The notes: a model not told the origin generated them from the sequence alone. A stretch of 55,533 nucleotides of DNA, filler included, from Armatimonadota bacterium (GCA_031400935.1; 5 parts of 5 records of this genome joined end to end with filler, not necessarily neighbours in it); one strand, 5' to 3'. Positions 29,106 to 39,194 are shown, counted from the whole stretch's first letter. Program-made: numbers and translations.

Positions 29106-29840
29106 CTACTCCAGCCTCACCCCATTCACATTTAGCAAAAACTTGTAGCCCAACGTGTCGGCAGAGCGGCGGCACATTACCATTCGGGTTAGAAATATCT
29201 CGAAGTACTCCATTACCGTTGCATAGCTCGTGTCAATCTCGAGCGCGAGGTCAATCGTCTGATTTTCCTTTAACAAAGTAACACGGCTCTTTTGAACTGC
29301 ATAGTTCACCCGGTCATGGATGTCAAAAGTCTCCAAAATCGGGTTCTGGACCCGGCTGAAATGAACGTCCGATTTATCAGCAATGATCAATGCCGCGGAC
29401 ATCACGCTAATGGGAAGCCCGACTAACTCTTCATGATTGCCGATCGCCCCTAGAATCGGAGCGATTTCAACGCTGTCCATCCCCATTTCATTGAGGATTT
29501 GATAAGCGATTGTCGCCCCGATCATTGGGTGATCGTTGCGGTTCACAACATTTCCGATATCATGCATGTAGGCTGCAATTTGGCCGAGTTCAATTTCTCG
29601 CTGCGGAATCCCAAGATTCTCCAAAATGTAGCCTGTAATGCCGGCGACAACGGTTACATGACGGTGCCCATGCTCGGTATATCCCATTGCCTTCAAGAGC
29701 TCATTTGCGCCTTCGATCAGCCGCCGAACCTTAGGATTCGCCTTAACTTCTTTGAACGTGACAGTGCCGTTTGCTTTTGGCGGAGACGGCATTGAATCGT
29801 CATCGGAATCGGTCAGATCAGATCGCATTTCAGGTTCCAT
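29106..29840 (-). CDS. HD-domain phosphohydrolase
   Basis: GYTEHGHRH, MHDIGN, IGNHEE, IADKSD. Confidence 0.9.
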   Translation of the reverse strand: MEPEMRSDLTDSDDDSMPSPPKANGTVTFKEVKANPKVRRLIEGANELLKAMGYTEHGHRHVTVVAGITGYILENLGIPQREIELGQIAAYMHDIGNVVNRNDHPMIGATIAYQILNEMGMDSVEIAPILGAIGNHEELVGLPISVMSAALIIADKSDVHFSRVQNPILETFDIHDRVNYAVQKSRVTLLKENQTIDLALEIDTSYATVMEYFEIFLTRMVMCRRSADTLGYKFLLNVNGVRLE

Positions 29841-30393
29841 TTATCATCTCCAAACTCAAATCAAGTTCGCCGTTTGTCCGTTGTTCTTGACGTACAATTC
29901 CATCGCCGCTAACAAACCAGCTCGTCCATTCAATCTTTGATTCTGCAAATTCAACGATCAAATCGGCTCGTCTTGAAGCCTGATTAACCCCTTTCCATCG
30001 CAAAGATTCCGGCTTGCAGGTCAATCTTGCGTGAGCCCTGACGCTCTTTCCGTTGATCACTATGAGCCCTTTCCAATCAGTTGAAGCGTCCCCTTCGCCA
30101 GAAAGGCATAGCGGAATCGGCGGAACGAAATGGGAATGGCCTAACGTCTCAGCGACCAAGGTTCCGGCCTGCCAGCCGAGTCTAGATTCTCCTAACTCAG
30201 ATTGCGTCACAAATCCCATCTGGTTACCAACTGGTGCTTTTCGAACCACTTTTACGGGTTCGACATAGGTGTAGTGGGTCGTGCGCACTCGGTACGTCCA
30301 AGTTGAACCTACGGTCAATGGCATCCATTCGGAATCTCCTGCGCATCCTGCACATAGGGATAAAGGAAAAAGGATAAGGGACAACCGTTTCAT
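29830..30393 (-). CDS. hypothetical lipoprotein
   Basis: Lipobox-like CAGC; PLTVGSTWTY; ATGA overlap with the selB stop. Confidence 0.7.
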   Translation of the reverse strand: MKRLSLILFPLSLCAGCAGDSEWMPLTVGSTWTYRVRTTHYTYVEPVKVVRKAPVGNQMGFVTQSELGESRLGWQAGTLVAETLGHSHFVPPIPLCLSGEGDASTDWKGLIVINGKSVRAHARLTCKPESLRWKGVNQASRRADLIVEFAESKIEWTSWFVSGDGIVRQEQRTNGELDLSLEMINGT

Positions 30394-32234
30394 TTGCGAA
30401 TTTTCCTTTGATTTCCAACACGAATCGTAAATCCGACGGAGTCGAAATGTTCTAAAAGCACAATCACGTACTTACGGGACGATTGAAAGGCGTCGCGAAA
30501 CTCTGCTGCTGTAAAAGATCGGTCAGAGAACTTTTCTTGGATTTGGCTCTTGATGCTCGAAAGCTGCTCGCTAGAGTAGTGAACTCCGTCAGGCAAACGA
30601 ACGATTTCTTTTGCATCTGCTCCGAGCCTGAACATTTCTTCAACGGCTTGGACTGGCACACCAATCGAATTGGCGAGCCTTTCAGCATTTGCCGAATTGA
30701 TTCCGCCTATGTCCAACTCAGTTTTCACGCGGTCCAGGAGTGCTCTCTGCTTTGGATTGAGTTGAACCGAAAACGCTGCGCTTCGGACTCCCGGTCCTTG
30801 ACTCACAATCAATCCATCATCAGAAAGTCGTTGTAGAATTCGTTCTAGCGGCTTTGCGACCCACTTGAATCCTGCCGCTTCAACGATCTTCTCTCTTGGC
30901 AAAAGTGCAAATGTTGGGTTAGCCAAATGCAGCTGGTCAAGTGTTTCCACAAATTTCTTTGCGGCGTTTTTCCATTCGCTTGTTCCAAACCAAAGCCCCG
31001 CGAACCCTTCAATTTTTCCTGCTGATAGCAAATCTTCAAACGACTGCCCTACGTCTTGCTTCGACCTTCCGATTCTTCTGCAGATTTCATCGGTAGATAT
31101 TCCAATGCTTTCACCCGTTACAGCTTGCAAAATCGCATCAGAAATTGAGGTGCCTGTGCTAACGGCATTCGTAGCTGCCGTTTTTCTGCGAATCTGAGCT
31201 TGCGGCACAACTATTCTTCCTCCTGCCAATACATCTGGCGGGCTGTATCTGCGAATAATCACAGGCTGGTTCAAGGCGCAGGCAACTTCAGTTTCGAGCC
31301 GCAATTGAACGAGATCAGGGTTTTCCTCGTTCAGAAACACCTTGCCAATGGCTTCCTCTGCGCCAACGGAAACACGCACACGAAGCGCATGTTTGAGCGG
31401 AACCACGACTCTAACTTTTGCATCGAAAATCTTCGTGGGGAATACGGCTCCGGGGCGTCCGATTTGCATTCCGCGAACCAAGTCTTCAGCCTTCACCCCC
31501 GAAATGTTGAGCGCCGTTCGCTTGCCTCGTTCGCTATGCTCGAGGGCTTCCGAATGGCTGTGAATTGAACGAATCCGGGCGGTAAGCCCACCTGGTTCGA
31601 TGATTGCGGTATCGCCAACCTTTGCCACGCCCTGGGCAAAAGTTCCTGTAACAACTGCCCCGTGCCCTTTGACTGTGAAAACTCGGTCAATCGGCATGTA
31701 CCATGGCAAATCGTCAACCTTCGCAACTCCTTGCAGTGCATTATCCAGGAGAGTTCGCAATTCTTCAATTCCAACTCCAGTCACGACTGAAACAGGAATG
31801 ATTGGAGAGTTGGCAAACCGGGTTTCGGCCAGCAATTCCAGGATTTCTAAAGAAACGAGTTCTTGCATTTCTTGGTCAACTAGGTCTGACCTTGTTAATG
31901 CGACTATCATGCTGTCAACTGGCAGCAATTCGAGAATTTGGAGGTGTTCGCGAGTTTGGGGTTTTACTGATTCATCCGCTGCAACGCACAGGAGGGCGAC
32001 ATCAATTCCCAATGCGCCAACCAGCATGTTTGTGAGGAATTTTTCGTGTCCGGGAACGTCCACGATAGAAACTCGCCCAGCATTGGGTAGATCAACGTAG
32101 GCGAAGCCAATGTCTATGGTCATTCCGCGGGCTTTCTCTTCGGGCAAACGGTCGGCGTCAATGCCCGTCAAGGCTCGAATCAGGCTTGTTTTGCCGTGAT
32201 CTACGTGTCCAGCGGTTCCAATTAGTTTTGCCAT
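30390..32234 (-). CDS. selB: selenocysteine-specific elongation factor
   Basis: GTAGHVDHGKT, EKARGMTIDIGF, DVPGHEKF; C-terminal SRKYVIVLLEHFD winged helix. Confidence 0.95.
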   Translation of the reverse strand: MAKLIGTAGHVDHGKTSLIRALTGIDADRLPEEKARGMTIDIGFAYVDLPNAGRVSIVDVPGHEKFLTNMLVGALGIDVALLCVAADESVKPQTREHLQILELLPVDSMIVALTRSDLVDQEMQELVSLEILELLAETRFANSPIIPVSVVTGVGIEELRTLLDNALQGVAKVDDLPWYMPIDRVFTVKGHGAVVTGTFAQGVAKVGDTAIIEPGGLTARIRSIHSHSEALEHSERGKRTALNISGVKAEDLVRGMQIGRPGAVFPTKIFDAKVRVVVPLKHALRVRVSVGAEEAIGKVFLNEENPDLVQLRLETEVACALNQPVIIRRYSPPDVLAGGRIVVPQAQIRRKTAATNAVSTGTSISDAILQAVTGESIGISTDEICRRIGRSKQDVGQSFEDLLSAGKIEGFAGLWFGTSEWKNAAKKFVETLDQLHLANPTFALLPREKIVEAAGFKWVAKPLERILQRLSDDGLIVSQGPGVRSAAFSVQLNPKQRALLDRVKTELDIGGINSANAERLANSIGVPVQAVEEMFRLGADAKEIVRLPDGVHYSSEQLSSIKSQIQEKFSDRSFTAAEFRDAFQSSRKYVIVLLEHFDSVGFTIRVGNQRKIRK

Positions 32235-32241
32235 GGGTCAT

Positions 32242-32384
32242 GTGGCTCGACCGTCCCGGTCGAGAGTACAATGGGCGTCCCGCCCATTTGAAGCGTGCAG
32301 GGCATCCGCCCGGTTGATTCGAGTATATCAGAGGCTCTTCGACCGGGACGGTCGAGTCACTCTTGCCCGAGACGGGCAAGGCAC
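32242..32384. repeat. GTGG-type REP cluster (REPIN-like)
   Basis: GTGGCTCGACCGTCCCGGTCGAG, ATGGGCGTCCCGCCCAT, inverted TCGACCGGGACGGTCGAGTCAC, CTTGCCCGAGACGGGCAAGGCAC. Confidence 0.75.
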
Positions 32385-32385
32385 A

Positions 32386-33273
32386 TTATTTGCCACCCAG
32401 ACCCTCATACGTCCTCATTTCCATTACGCCATCCTTGCAAATCCACAATTCGAATTTGCCAATTGTTACTGCTGCACCGACTTCACCGTCATTTCGAATC
32501 GCTAGCACAGCGCACGGCCAATCTTTTGACCTCGGCTGACGCCGAAGCATGAACTGCACAACATCTTCGCAAGCTTCCGTCGGCGACATTCCACCTCGCA
32601 TTCTTTCTACGGCGCGAAAAGAAGCAACCGCCCTCCATAGTTCTTCTCCCAGGCCAGTTGCGCCAGCGCAGCCAATTTCATCGTCCGCATAGATTCCTGC
32701 CCCGACAATTGGGGCATCGCCCACTCGCCCAGGCAGTTTATATCCCCAGCCACTTGTAGAACTTGCTGCCACGCAATGGCTGTCACTTTCAAACCCAAGC
32801 ATAGTTACCGTATCGTGAGAGTCTTTGATGGAGTGGCGATACTTTGAATCCTCGCTCTGATCTTTTGCCTTCCATTCTCCAAAGAGTCGTGTTGATTCTT
32901 CGGTCATTAAGTTTCTCGGCTCAAATCCATTCGCGATCGCGAACTGTCGGGCTTGATCGCCTGCGAGCATCAGATGCGGGGTTTTTTCCTTCACCAGTTT
33001 TGCAACCGAAATCACAGGACAGATGTCTCGCACAGCGCAGACAGAGCCAGCCGAAAGGTCGGCGCCATCCATAATAGAAGCATCTAATTCGAGTTCGCCA
33101 TTCGAATTTGGAAGCGATCCCATGCCAATTGAGAGCAAAGTTGGGTCAAGTTCGGCAGCCGCCAGGCCATGCTCAAGGCAGGTCAAAAGATCATGGCCGT
33201 TTGATTGCGACTTCCATGCTGCATCAATGGCAACTTTTCCTGGTTCTGCCCAGGTAGAAACGATAATTGTCAC
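32386..33273 (-). CDS. glycosylasparaginase/isoaspartyl peptidase (Ntn hydrolase)
   Basis: LDASIMDG, HDT autocleavage site, STSG, GRVGD, ATGLGE. Confidence 0.9.
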   Translation of the reverse strand: MTIIVSTWAEPGKVAIDAAWKSQSNGHDLLTCLEHGLAAAELDPTLLSIGMGSLPNSNGELELDASIMDGADLSAGSVCAVRDICPVISVAKLVKEKTPHLMLAGDQARQFAIANGFEPRNLMTEESTRLFGEWKAKDQSEDSKYRHSIKDSHDTVTMLGFESDSHCVAASSTSGWGYKLPGRVGDAPIVGAGIYADDEIGCAGATGLGEELWRAVASFRAVERMRGGMSPTEACEDVVQFMLRRQPRSKDWPCAVLAIRNDGEVGAAVTIGKFELWICKDGVMEMRTYEGLGGK

Positions 33274-33340
33274 AAATTGAACTCTACCCAGGTTCTAAGC
33301 AACCCAATTGGGTGTCACAATCGTAGACTAGTCTGGATTT

Positions 33341-33431
33341 GTGAAGACAAGTCAGATAGGACATATAGGACATATGGGACTTATAGGACAGATATGATCT
33401 TTTTGTCTTATGAGTCCTATTGGTCTTATCC
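33341..33431. repeat. 9-mer (ATAGGACAT) tandem/inverted repeat
   Basis: ATAGGACAT-like units x4, then an inverted arm. Confidence 0.78.
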
Positions 33432-33474
33432 GAACAAATCCGAATCAATCCCAATCATCCCGTACCAAAACAAA

Positions 33475-35277
33475 ATGAGCACACTCACTGAAGAAGGAAG
33501 GAAAAAGTCAGACAACGCAAGTCGTTTGGCTGCCTACCTTGGTGCTCATCCGTCAGCGTTTGACGAGCCTGTCGAACAGCTTGCATCACGATTTGATCTT
33601 CCCCAAGAGTTTGTTGTGCGAGTGCTCGGCGGTCTACGTCGCCCGAACAGGCCACAAACATTGTTACCCGCGTTCCTGGGAGCGAAATCCTGGCTGTTCA
33701 AGTTGCGATTGGGATTTCGAGTCTTAACCCACGATCCTTTAGCCTTTGTCGCGGTGTCGAGTGTTATTGCGGTTGCGATCTTTCTAATCCTTGATTCTTT
33801 TTGGGGTTCAGGCAATTCGTGGTTTTCAGTTACTCCGGGTCTAGGAAACAGCAACCGTGAATTGCTCTTCGCGCCTGGCAAGAGCATGCCGCTGTTTTAT
33901 GGAGTCGCAGCAACGACATTGTTGCTCCATCAGGCTTGCTATTTCAGACACGGCCAAGTTCGGTTTGCGCTCTTAGGCGGCGTTTGGGTTTGGATGATAT
34001 CTGCCTCAACCGTAATGATCATCGCTTGGGTACGGGCTCGCATTCTGCCGGACGCAAACGTCCTGACTGCTTTGCTCTTGCTTTCCTATGTGATGTTCGT
34101 TCTTGCAGCACTTTATTCGGTATTGAGCACTGTAACTTCAGTACTAGGCGGCGCATATTGGGTGCGAAAGCATGAAGAAGCCGCAGAGAATCGAAGTCGC
34201 CAAGAACTAATTGCCCACCTATTCGACCTTCGCGACAGGCTATTTAATCCTAGGCCTGATGAAACCGAAGAGGATGAGAGTTTTTGGAGGCATTGGACCG
34301 CAATGCTGCGCCCTTGGTTTTTGCCAGCGGCCCTAATTGGCGGTGCATTATTCTCGCTAGCCGAAGTCAGCTCTGTTCTGGCTCTTCAGGCCACATTTGA
34401 AGAGGGCCGAAATCTTGGTCCGCTGATGGTCATTCTAATGGTTAGCCTTGAGTTCGTGAAAGCATTCCTGATGTCGCTGTTTGCCTTCATCGGAGGAAGG
34501 ATTGATCGAGCCATTTTGGCGGCTATTCTCTTTCATTACGCAACTTTGCCACTGGAACTCATTCCGATCATGCCGTTTGGCATCTCAAGGCTTCACGATG
34601 CGTTTGTGCTAGGTGATCTAATTGTCAATCTGGGCATTTGTTTAGTTGTAGGGTCGCTTGCTGCTTTGGGCTCGAAAGTAGAAGCCAGAAATCTTCATCA
34701 AAAGAAACTGAGGGCAGACGATCGTGCAGCAGTGCTTTCCGAAATTGTTCGAACCGAATGGCAACTCGCACGCCAAATTGTCAATGTTTGCGTTTTGGTG
34801 GTGGACGTCGTTCAGAGTTCTCGAATGAAAATACAAGCGGACCCCCTTGAAGTCGAGTACAGTTTTCGAGAGTATCAGTCATTTGTGGCAAGGGCTTCGG
34901 CAAAGTACAACGGGGTAGTCCATAGCACAGCTGGTGACGGAGCCGTTGTGGCGTTTTATGATGCCGTTGAGGCATTTGAAGCGGCGCGAGACATATTGCT
35001 GGGTCTTGACGACCTGAACGAAAATCACAGCCGATTAAAATCGCCGTTTCGGCTTCGAATCGGTTTGCATTTAGGTCAAGTGGCAGGCGATATTGGTGAT
35101 GTCCAATTCTCAGAAGTCATTGATATTGCAGCGCACTTTGAGTCTGCTGCGCCAAGGAACGGAATCGCAGTGAGCCAGACCATTGCGGAACATTTGCCTC
35201 ATGCGCTCTTGGAAGTCATGGACGAAACTGTTAGCGGATATCGTGGATTTTCCAGCGTTCCTGGAGTTGGCGATTGA
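33475..35277 (+). CDS. multi-pass membrane protein with a C-terminal class III nucleotide cyclase domain
   Basis: VVDVVQSS, STAGDG, LRIGLHLG; start moved to MSTLTEE because the longer ORF runs through the repeat. Confidence 0.82.
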   Translation: MSTLTEEGRKKSDNASRLAAYLGAHPSAFDEPVEQLASRFDLPQEFVVRVLGGLRRPNRPQTLLPAFLGAKSWLFKLRLGFRVLTHDPLAFVAVSSVIAVAIFLILDSFWGSGNSWFSVTPGLGNSNRELLFAPGKSMPLFYGVAATTLLLHQACYFRHGQVRFALLGGVWVWMISASTVMIIAWVRARILPDANVLTALLLLSYVMFVLAALYSVLSTVTSVLGGAYWVRKHEEAAENRSRQELIAHLFDLRDRLFNPRPDETEEDESFWRHWTAMLRPWFLPAALIGGALFSLAEVSSVLALQATFEEGRNLGPLMVILMVSLEFVKAFLMSLFAFIGGRIDRAILAAILFHYATLPLELIPIMPFGISRLHDAFVLGDLIVNLGICLVVGSLAALGSKVEARNLHQKKLRADDRAAVLSEIVRTEWQLARQIVNVCVLVVDVVQSSRMKIQADPLEVEYSFREYQSFVARASAKYNGVVHSTAGDGAVVAFYDAVEAFEAARDILLGLDDLNENHSRLKSPFRLRIGLHLGQVAGDIGDVQFSEVIDIAAHFESAAPRNGIAVSQTIAEHLPHALLEVMDETVSGYRGFSSVPGVGD

Positions 35278-35317
35278 AAACTGACCACTCCCAAAAGCGA
35301 ATTCCCGGTGCTCGCTG

Positions 35318-36031
35318 ATGCAGATAAGTGCTGTAAATCTTGGAACTATTCCGTACAAGGACTGTTTTCAGCTCCAACAGAAAATTCTCGAACAAGTTGC
35401 GCTTGGCACTTTAAGCGACACGCTTCTCTTCGTCGAACACCCTCCCGTTTATTCCCTTGGAGCCAATTTCCACAAAGAGAATTTGCCCATGACAATCGAA
35501 GAATACGCAAAACTTGGGGTTTCGATTGAACCTACAGACAGAGGCGGAGACATCACTTATCATGGGCCTGGGCAATTAGTCGCCTATCCTATTTTTCATC
35601 TAGAACGTTATGGAAAGGACCTCCACTTATGGCTCCGAAATCTTGAGCAATGGGTAATCGAAGTCCTTGCGGAATCTGGTTTAGCAGGTCGTAGATTTGC
35701 CCCGCACACCGGAGTTTGGATTGATGATCAAAAAATTTGTGCGATTGGGATCAAGGTGCGAAGATGGGTTTCGATGCACGGAATTGCCTTGAACGTTTCA
35801 AATGACCTGGCTCCCTTTGAATGGATCGTGCCTTGCGGAATTGAGGGTTACGGGGTCACTTCGCTTTTCAAAGAACTTGGAAAAGAGGTTGCTCTCGATG
35901 AAGTTCGACAGCGAATGACCGCCGTGATCCCAAATGTTTTCCACAATTCGGTCGAATGGCAGGGGAGGGAGCCGTTTTTGGAGAACTTGAGCCGTCTTTG
36001 CGATACGAATGAGCTTACAAATTTTCACTAG
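35318..36031 (+). CDS. lipB: octanoyltransferase
   Basis: EHPPVYSLG, RGGDITYHGPGQ, KICAIG, HGIALN, PCG. Confidence 0.96.
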   Translation: MQISAVNLGTIPYKDCFQLQQKILEQVALGTLSDTLLFVEHPPVYSLGANFHKENLPMTIEEYAKLGVSIEPTDRGGDITYHGPGQLVAYPIFHLERYGKDLHLWLRNLEQWVIEVLAESGLAGRRFAPHTGVWIDDQKICAIGIKVRRWVSMHGIALNVSNDLAPFEWIVPCGIEGYGVTSLFKELGKEVALDEVRQRMTAVIPNVFHNSVEWQGREPFLENLSRLCDTNELTNFH

Positions 36032-36614
36032 GACGCAAACAGCTGGTGTTGACGAAGCTGGACGAGGCCCACTGGCCGGTCCTGTGGTCGCGGCGGCTGT
36101 CATTCTGCCAGAAGGATTCGACGTACGTGGCTTGGGAGATTCAAAAGCACTCAGCCGAGAACAGCGAGAGGCAGTTGAACCCCGAATCAAAGCTGAAACA
36201 ACTTGGTGCATTCAATTCGTGGAACCAAGTGTTATTGATGAAATCAACATCCTTCAAGCCACTTTTCTTGCAATGAAAAGGGCAATTGAAGGGCTTACTA
36301 CCATGCCTGAAAGAGTTCTGATTGACGGAAACCAGGTTCCTCCAGGGCTGATGATGCCAGGAGAAGCTATCATCAAGGGAGATGCAAAGGAGGCTTGCAT
36401 TTCGGCGGCGTCCATCCTCGCAAAGTGCGCAAGAGACCGATTTATGGTCGAAACGGACTTGGAGTATCCCGAATATGGATTCGCAAGCCACTTCGGATAC
36501 GGGACTCCGGAGCATTTGGAAGCGATTCGAGTACATGGTCCCTGTCCAATCCATCGGATGACCTTCTCGCCACTAAGACCGGAGTTGCAGCTTTGCCTAA
36601 CGCTCGATCAATAG
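36009..36614 (+). CDS. rnhB: ribonuclease HII
   Basis: GVDEAGRGPLAGP, DSK, KGDA, ISAASILAK. Confidence 0.96.
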   Translation: MSLQIFTRTQTAGVDEAGRGPLAGPVVAAAVILPEGFDVRGLGDSKALSREQREAVEPRIKAETTWCIQFVEPSVIDEINILQATFLAMKRAIEGLTTMPERVLIDGNQVPPGLMMPGEAIIKGDAKEACISAASILAKCARDRFMVETDLEYPEYGFASHFGYGTPEHLEAIRVHGPCPIHRMTFSPLRPELQLCLTLDQ

Positions 36615-36940
36615 GCAAGGAGTTTGAAGATCAGGCGGCTGTTCTGCTACTTTCAAAGGGTTACACGATCATCAAGAGGCGTTATTCGTGTCGAGGAGGC
36701 GAAATTGATATCGTTGCGTTGGACGGTGATATCTTGGTTTTCGTAGAAGTAAAAGGAAGAACCTCCAGTTCGTTTGCGCCCGAAGGGTCAGTCAACGACA
36801 AAAAACGAGAACGAATCTTCCGCGCTGCAAGGCGATATCTGGCAGAATTCGAGAGTTCTAATCGGCAAGTGCGATTCGATTTGGTTGCGATAGACCCAAA
36901 TGGCATACGCCACCATGCCGACGCCTTTCGCCCTGAGTAA
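36593..36940 (+). CDS. yraN: YraN (UPF0102) family protein
   Basis: GEIDIVA, FVEVKGR, RFDLVAI. Confidence 0.9.
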   Translation: MPNARSIGKEFEDQAAVLLLSKGYTIIKRRYSCRGGEIDIVALDGDILVFVEVKGRTSSSFAPEGSVNDKKRERIFRAARRYLAEFESSNRQVRFDLVAIDPNGIRHHADAFRPE

Positions 36941-36950
36941 ACTCTAATCC

Positions 36951-37700
36951 ATGTCCCCACGCCTCGCTTTCGCGATTGAAGCAGCTACGATTGCGGGACG
37001 ATCAACGTTGGAGCACTTTCAAACAGGCGTTTTGGTTGAGTCGAAAACCGATGGCTCTCCAGTTACAGTTGCCGACAGAGAGGCTGAGACGATTCTTCGT
37101 GCGGGAATTGAGACCGTTTTCACAGGGGAATCAATCCTAGGAGAAGAATTCGGGGGCAGCACAGGCGGAACGGGCTGGATTCTTGACCCGATTGATGGAA
37201 CCAAATCGTTCATTTGCGGTGTTCCCCTCTATGCGACATTGATCAGCTATGAAATTGATTTTTCGCCTCAATTGGCAGTTGCCTATTTCCCAGCCTTGGA
37301 TGAAATTGTCTATGCAGAACTGGGATCGGGTTGTTTCTTGAATGGAAGCAGAGTTTTTGTTTCGTCCACTTCGAAATTGACCGATGCAACGATATGTTGC
37401 GGGGGGCAAACCTTTTTACGAGAGAATGGAAAGCTTGAAGGAATTCTACAAATTTCAGATAAGAGCCGAGCCATAAGAACTTGGTGCGACGCGTACGGAC
37501 ATTGCCTCGTTGCAACGGGCAGGGCCGAAGCCATGATTGACCCGATTGTTGCGCGATGGGATGTTTCTTCTATTCGCCTGTTGGTTTCGGAAGCTGGAGG
37601 AAAGGCCACGGATTTCTCAGGTTCAAACGCTCCTGGAAGTGAACTTGTGAGTTCAAATGGTTTGCTTCACAGAACGATCCTGGAGGCATTCCAAAATTGA
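36951..37700 (+). CDS. hisN: histidinol-phosphatase / inositol monophosphatase family
   Basis: SPVTVADREAE, GEE, DPIDGT, WD. Confidence 0.8.
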   Translation: MSPRLAFAIEAATIAGRSTLEHFQTGVLVESKTDGSPVTVADREAETILRAGIETVFTGESILGEEFGGSTGGTGWILDPIDGTKSFICGVPLYATLISYEIDFSPQLAVAYFPALDEIVYAELGSGCFLNGSRVFVSSTSKLTDATICCGGQTFLRENGKLEGILQISDKSRAIRTWCDAYGHCLVATGRAEAMIDPIVARWDVSSIRLLVSEAGGKATDFSGSNAPGSELVSSNGLLHRTILEAFQN

Positions 37701-38104
37701 GAGTCCTAGGCGTAGATTTCGGGTCGAAAAAAATTGGAATCGCTGTCGGCGGCGACGATCCAATGATCGTGACTGCACAACCAAATCTAGTTCCATCAGG
37801 AACGCTCAAAATAGATGCCATTGCCCTGTCAGAATTGGCTAAAAAGTGGGAAGCGGAAGCGATTGTTTTAGGAATCCCGGTCAATGAAGCTGATCCAAAA
37901 ATGCAAAGGATTTGCGGATTGTTGGCGGAGCGAATTCGGGAAACCGGAACGGAAGTTTTTGAGGTTGACGAGACATTGACGAGTGTAGAGGCCGACGAAG
38001 TTTGGCGCGGCGAAGGCTATTCTGTCGCTACGCGAAAGAGATTGCGCGACGGCGAAGCCGCTAGAATCATTGTGGAGAGGTTTTTTGCGCAAAGGCAAAG
38101 CTAA
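37697..38104 (+). CDS. yqgF: YqgF/RuvX pre-16S rRNA nuclease
   Basis: GVDFGSKKIGIA, VLGIP, DETLTS. Confidence 0.9.
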   Translation: MRVLGVDFGSKKIGIAVGGDDPMIVTAQPNLVPSGTLKIDAIALSELAKKWEAEAIVLGIPVNEADPKMQRICGLLAERIRETGTEVFEVDETLTSVEADEVWRGEGYSVATRKRLRDGEAARIIVERFFAQRQS

Positions 38105-39089
38105 AGTCGGCTGCGGAATCCTCATTGTCCTAGCAGGAACAGCGGCTTTGGGCTGGTTTTGGTTCCAGCGAGAACTTTCGCCTCTTCCAAAAGGTAAAGC
38201 AACGTTTGTTCGCTATCGGGCAGGGGCTGGAATGGTTAAGGTGCTAGCAGATTTGCAGGATCGAAAGATTATTCGGAACCGGCACGCCATACGGCTGTAC
38301 GGGATGATAAACAAGATGCCGGATCAAGTTAAATCGGGAACGTACTTGGTTTGGCCCGGTATGGAGCCTGACGTGCTCTATCTAGCACTTTCGAAGCCGA
38401 TCCGTCAAATGTTCCGAATGCCAGAAACCAATTGGGCAAGGCGATCTGCAAACCTCTTAGAAAAAGCCGAAATTACAACGGCGGCTGATTACATGGACTT
38501 ATGGGCTCAGCCTGATCGGTTTGAAAATACAAGGGTTCCTGTCAAAGGAAAGAAGACGTTGGAAGGATTTTTGTACCCAGACACTTACGATTTCCCACCG
38601 CTTTTGGGCGCAGAAGGCATCGTGCAAAGGCAACTCGATAACTTTGAAAAGCGTGTCATGCCGCACATTGAAAAGACAGACAATCTCTATGAAATATTAA
38701 TCGTTGCGAGCTTAGTTGAACTCGAAGTTGCCAAGGATTCGGAGCGGCCGATTGTTGCCGGAATCATCTATAACCGCTTGAAAAATGGAATCCGGCTCGA
38801 AATTGACGCTTGCATCAATTACGCGCTTCAAGAATGGCGTCCGCTAACCTATGCCGACCTCAAAAATGTGAAGTCGCCCTTCAATACTTATTTGCATACC
38901 GGCCTTCCGCCAACTCCCATCTGCTCGCCAACATTGAAGAGCATTCTCGCTGCAAAAACCCCTTCAAAGCACAACTTCTTGTACTATGTTGCGATGCCGG
39001 AAAAATACCACCTGTTTTCGGAAACTTATGATGAGCATCTTCGCAATATTGCGAAGCGAAAAGCAGCGCTCAAGGTGCTGAATCCATGA
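38070..39089 (+). CDS. mltG: endolytic transglycosylase
   Basis: LEGFLYPDTY, ASLVELE, YNRL, SPFNTY, GLPPTPICSP. Confidence 0.93.
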   Translation: MWRGFLRKGKAKVGCGILIVLAGTAALGWFWFQRELSPLPKGKATFVRYRAGAGMVKVLADLQDRKIIRNRHAIRLYGMINKMPDQVKSGTYLVWPGMEPDVLYLALSKPIRQMFRMPETNWARRSANLLEKAEITTAADYMDLWAQPDRFENTRVPVKGKKTLEGFLYPDTYDFPPLLGAEGIVQRQLDNFEKRVMPHIEKTDNLYEILIVASLVELEVAKDSERPIVAGIIYNRLKNGIRLEIDACINYALQEWRPLTYADLKNVKSPFNTYLHTGLPPTPICSPTLKSILAAKTPSKHNFLYYVAMPEKYHLFSETYDEHLRNIAKRKAALKVLNP

Positions 39090-39093
39090 GCGA

Positions 39094-39193
39094 NNNNNNN
39101 NNNNNNNNNNNNNNNNNNNNNNNNNNNNNNNNNNNNNTTAATTAATTAANNNNNNNNNNNNNNNNNNNNNNNNNNNNNNNNNNNNNNNNNNNN
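39094..39193. other. artificial contig linker
   Basis: N-run, TTAATTAATTAA, N-run. Confidence 0.98.
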
Positions 39194-39194
39194 T

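Noticed and set aside
32235..32385. Possible tRNA-Sec upstream of selB
   Set aside because: No cloverleaf, UCA anticodon arm or CCA end; the structure is a REP palindrome cluster
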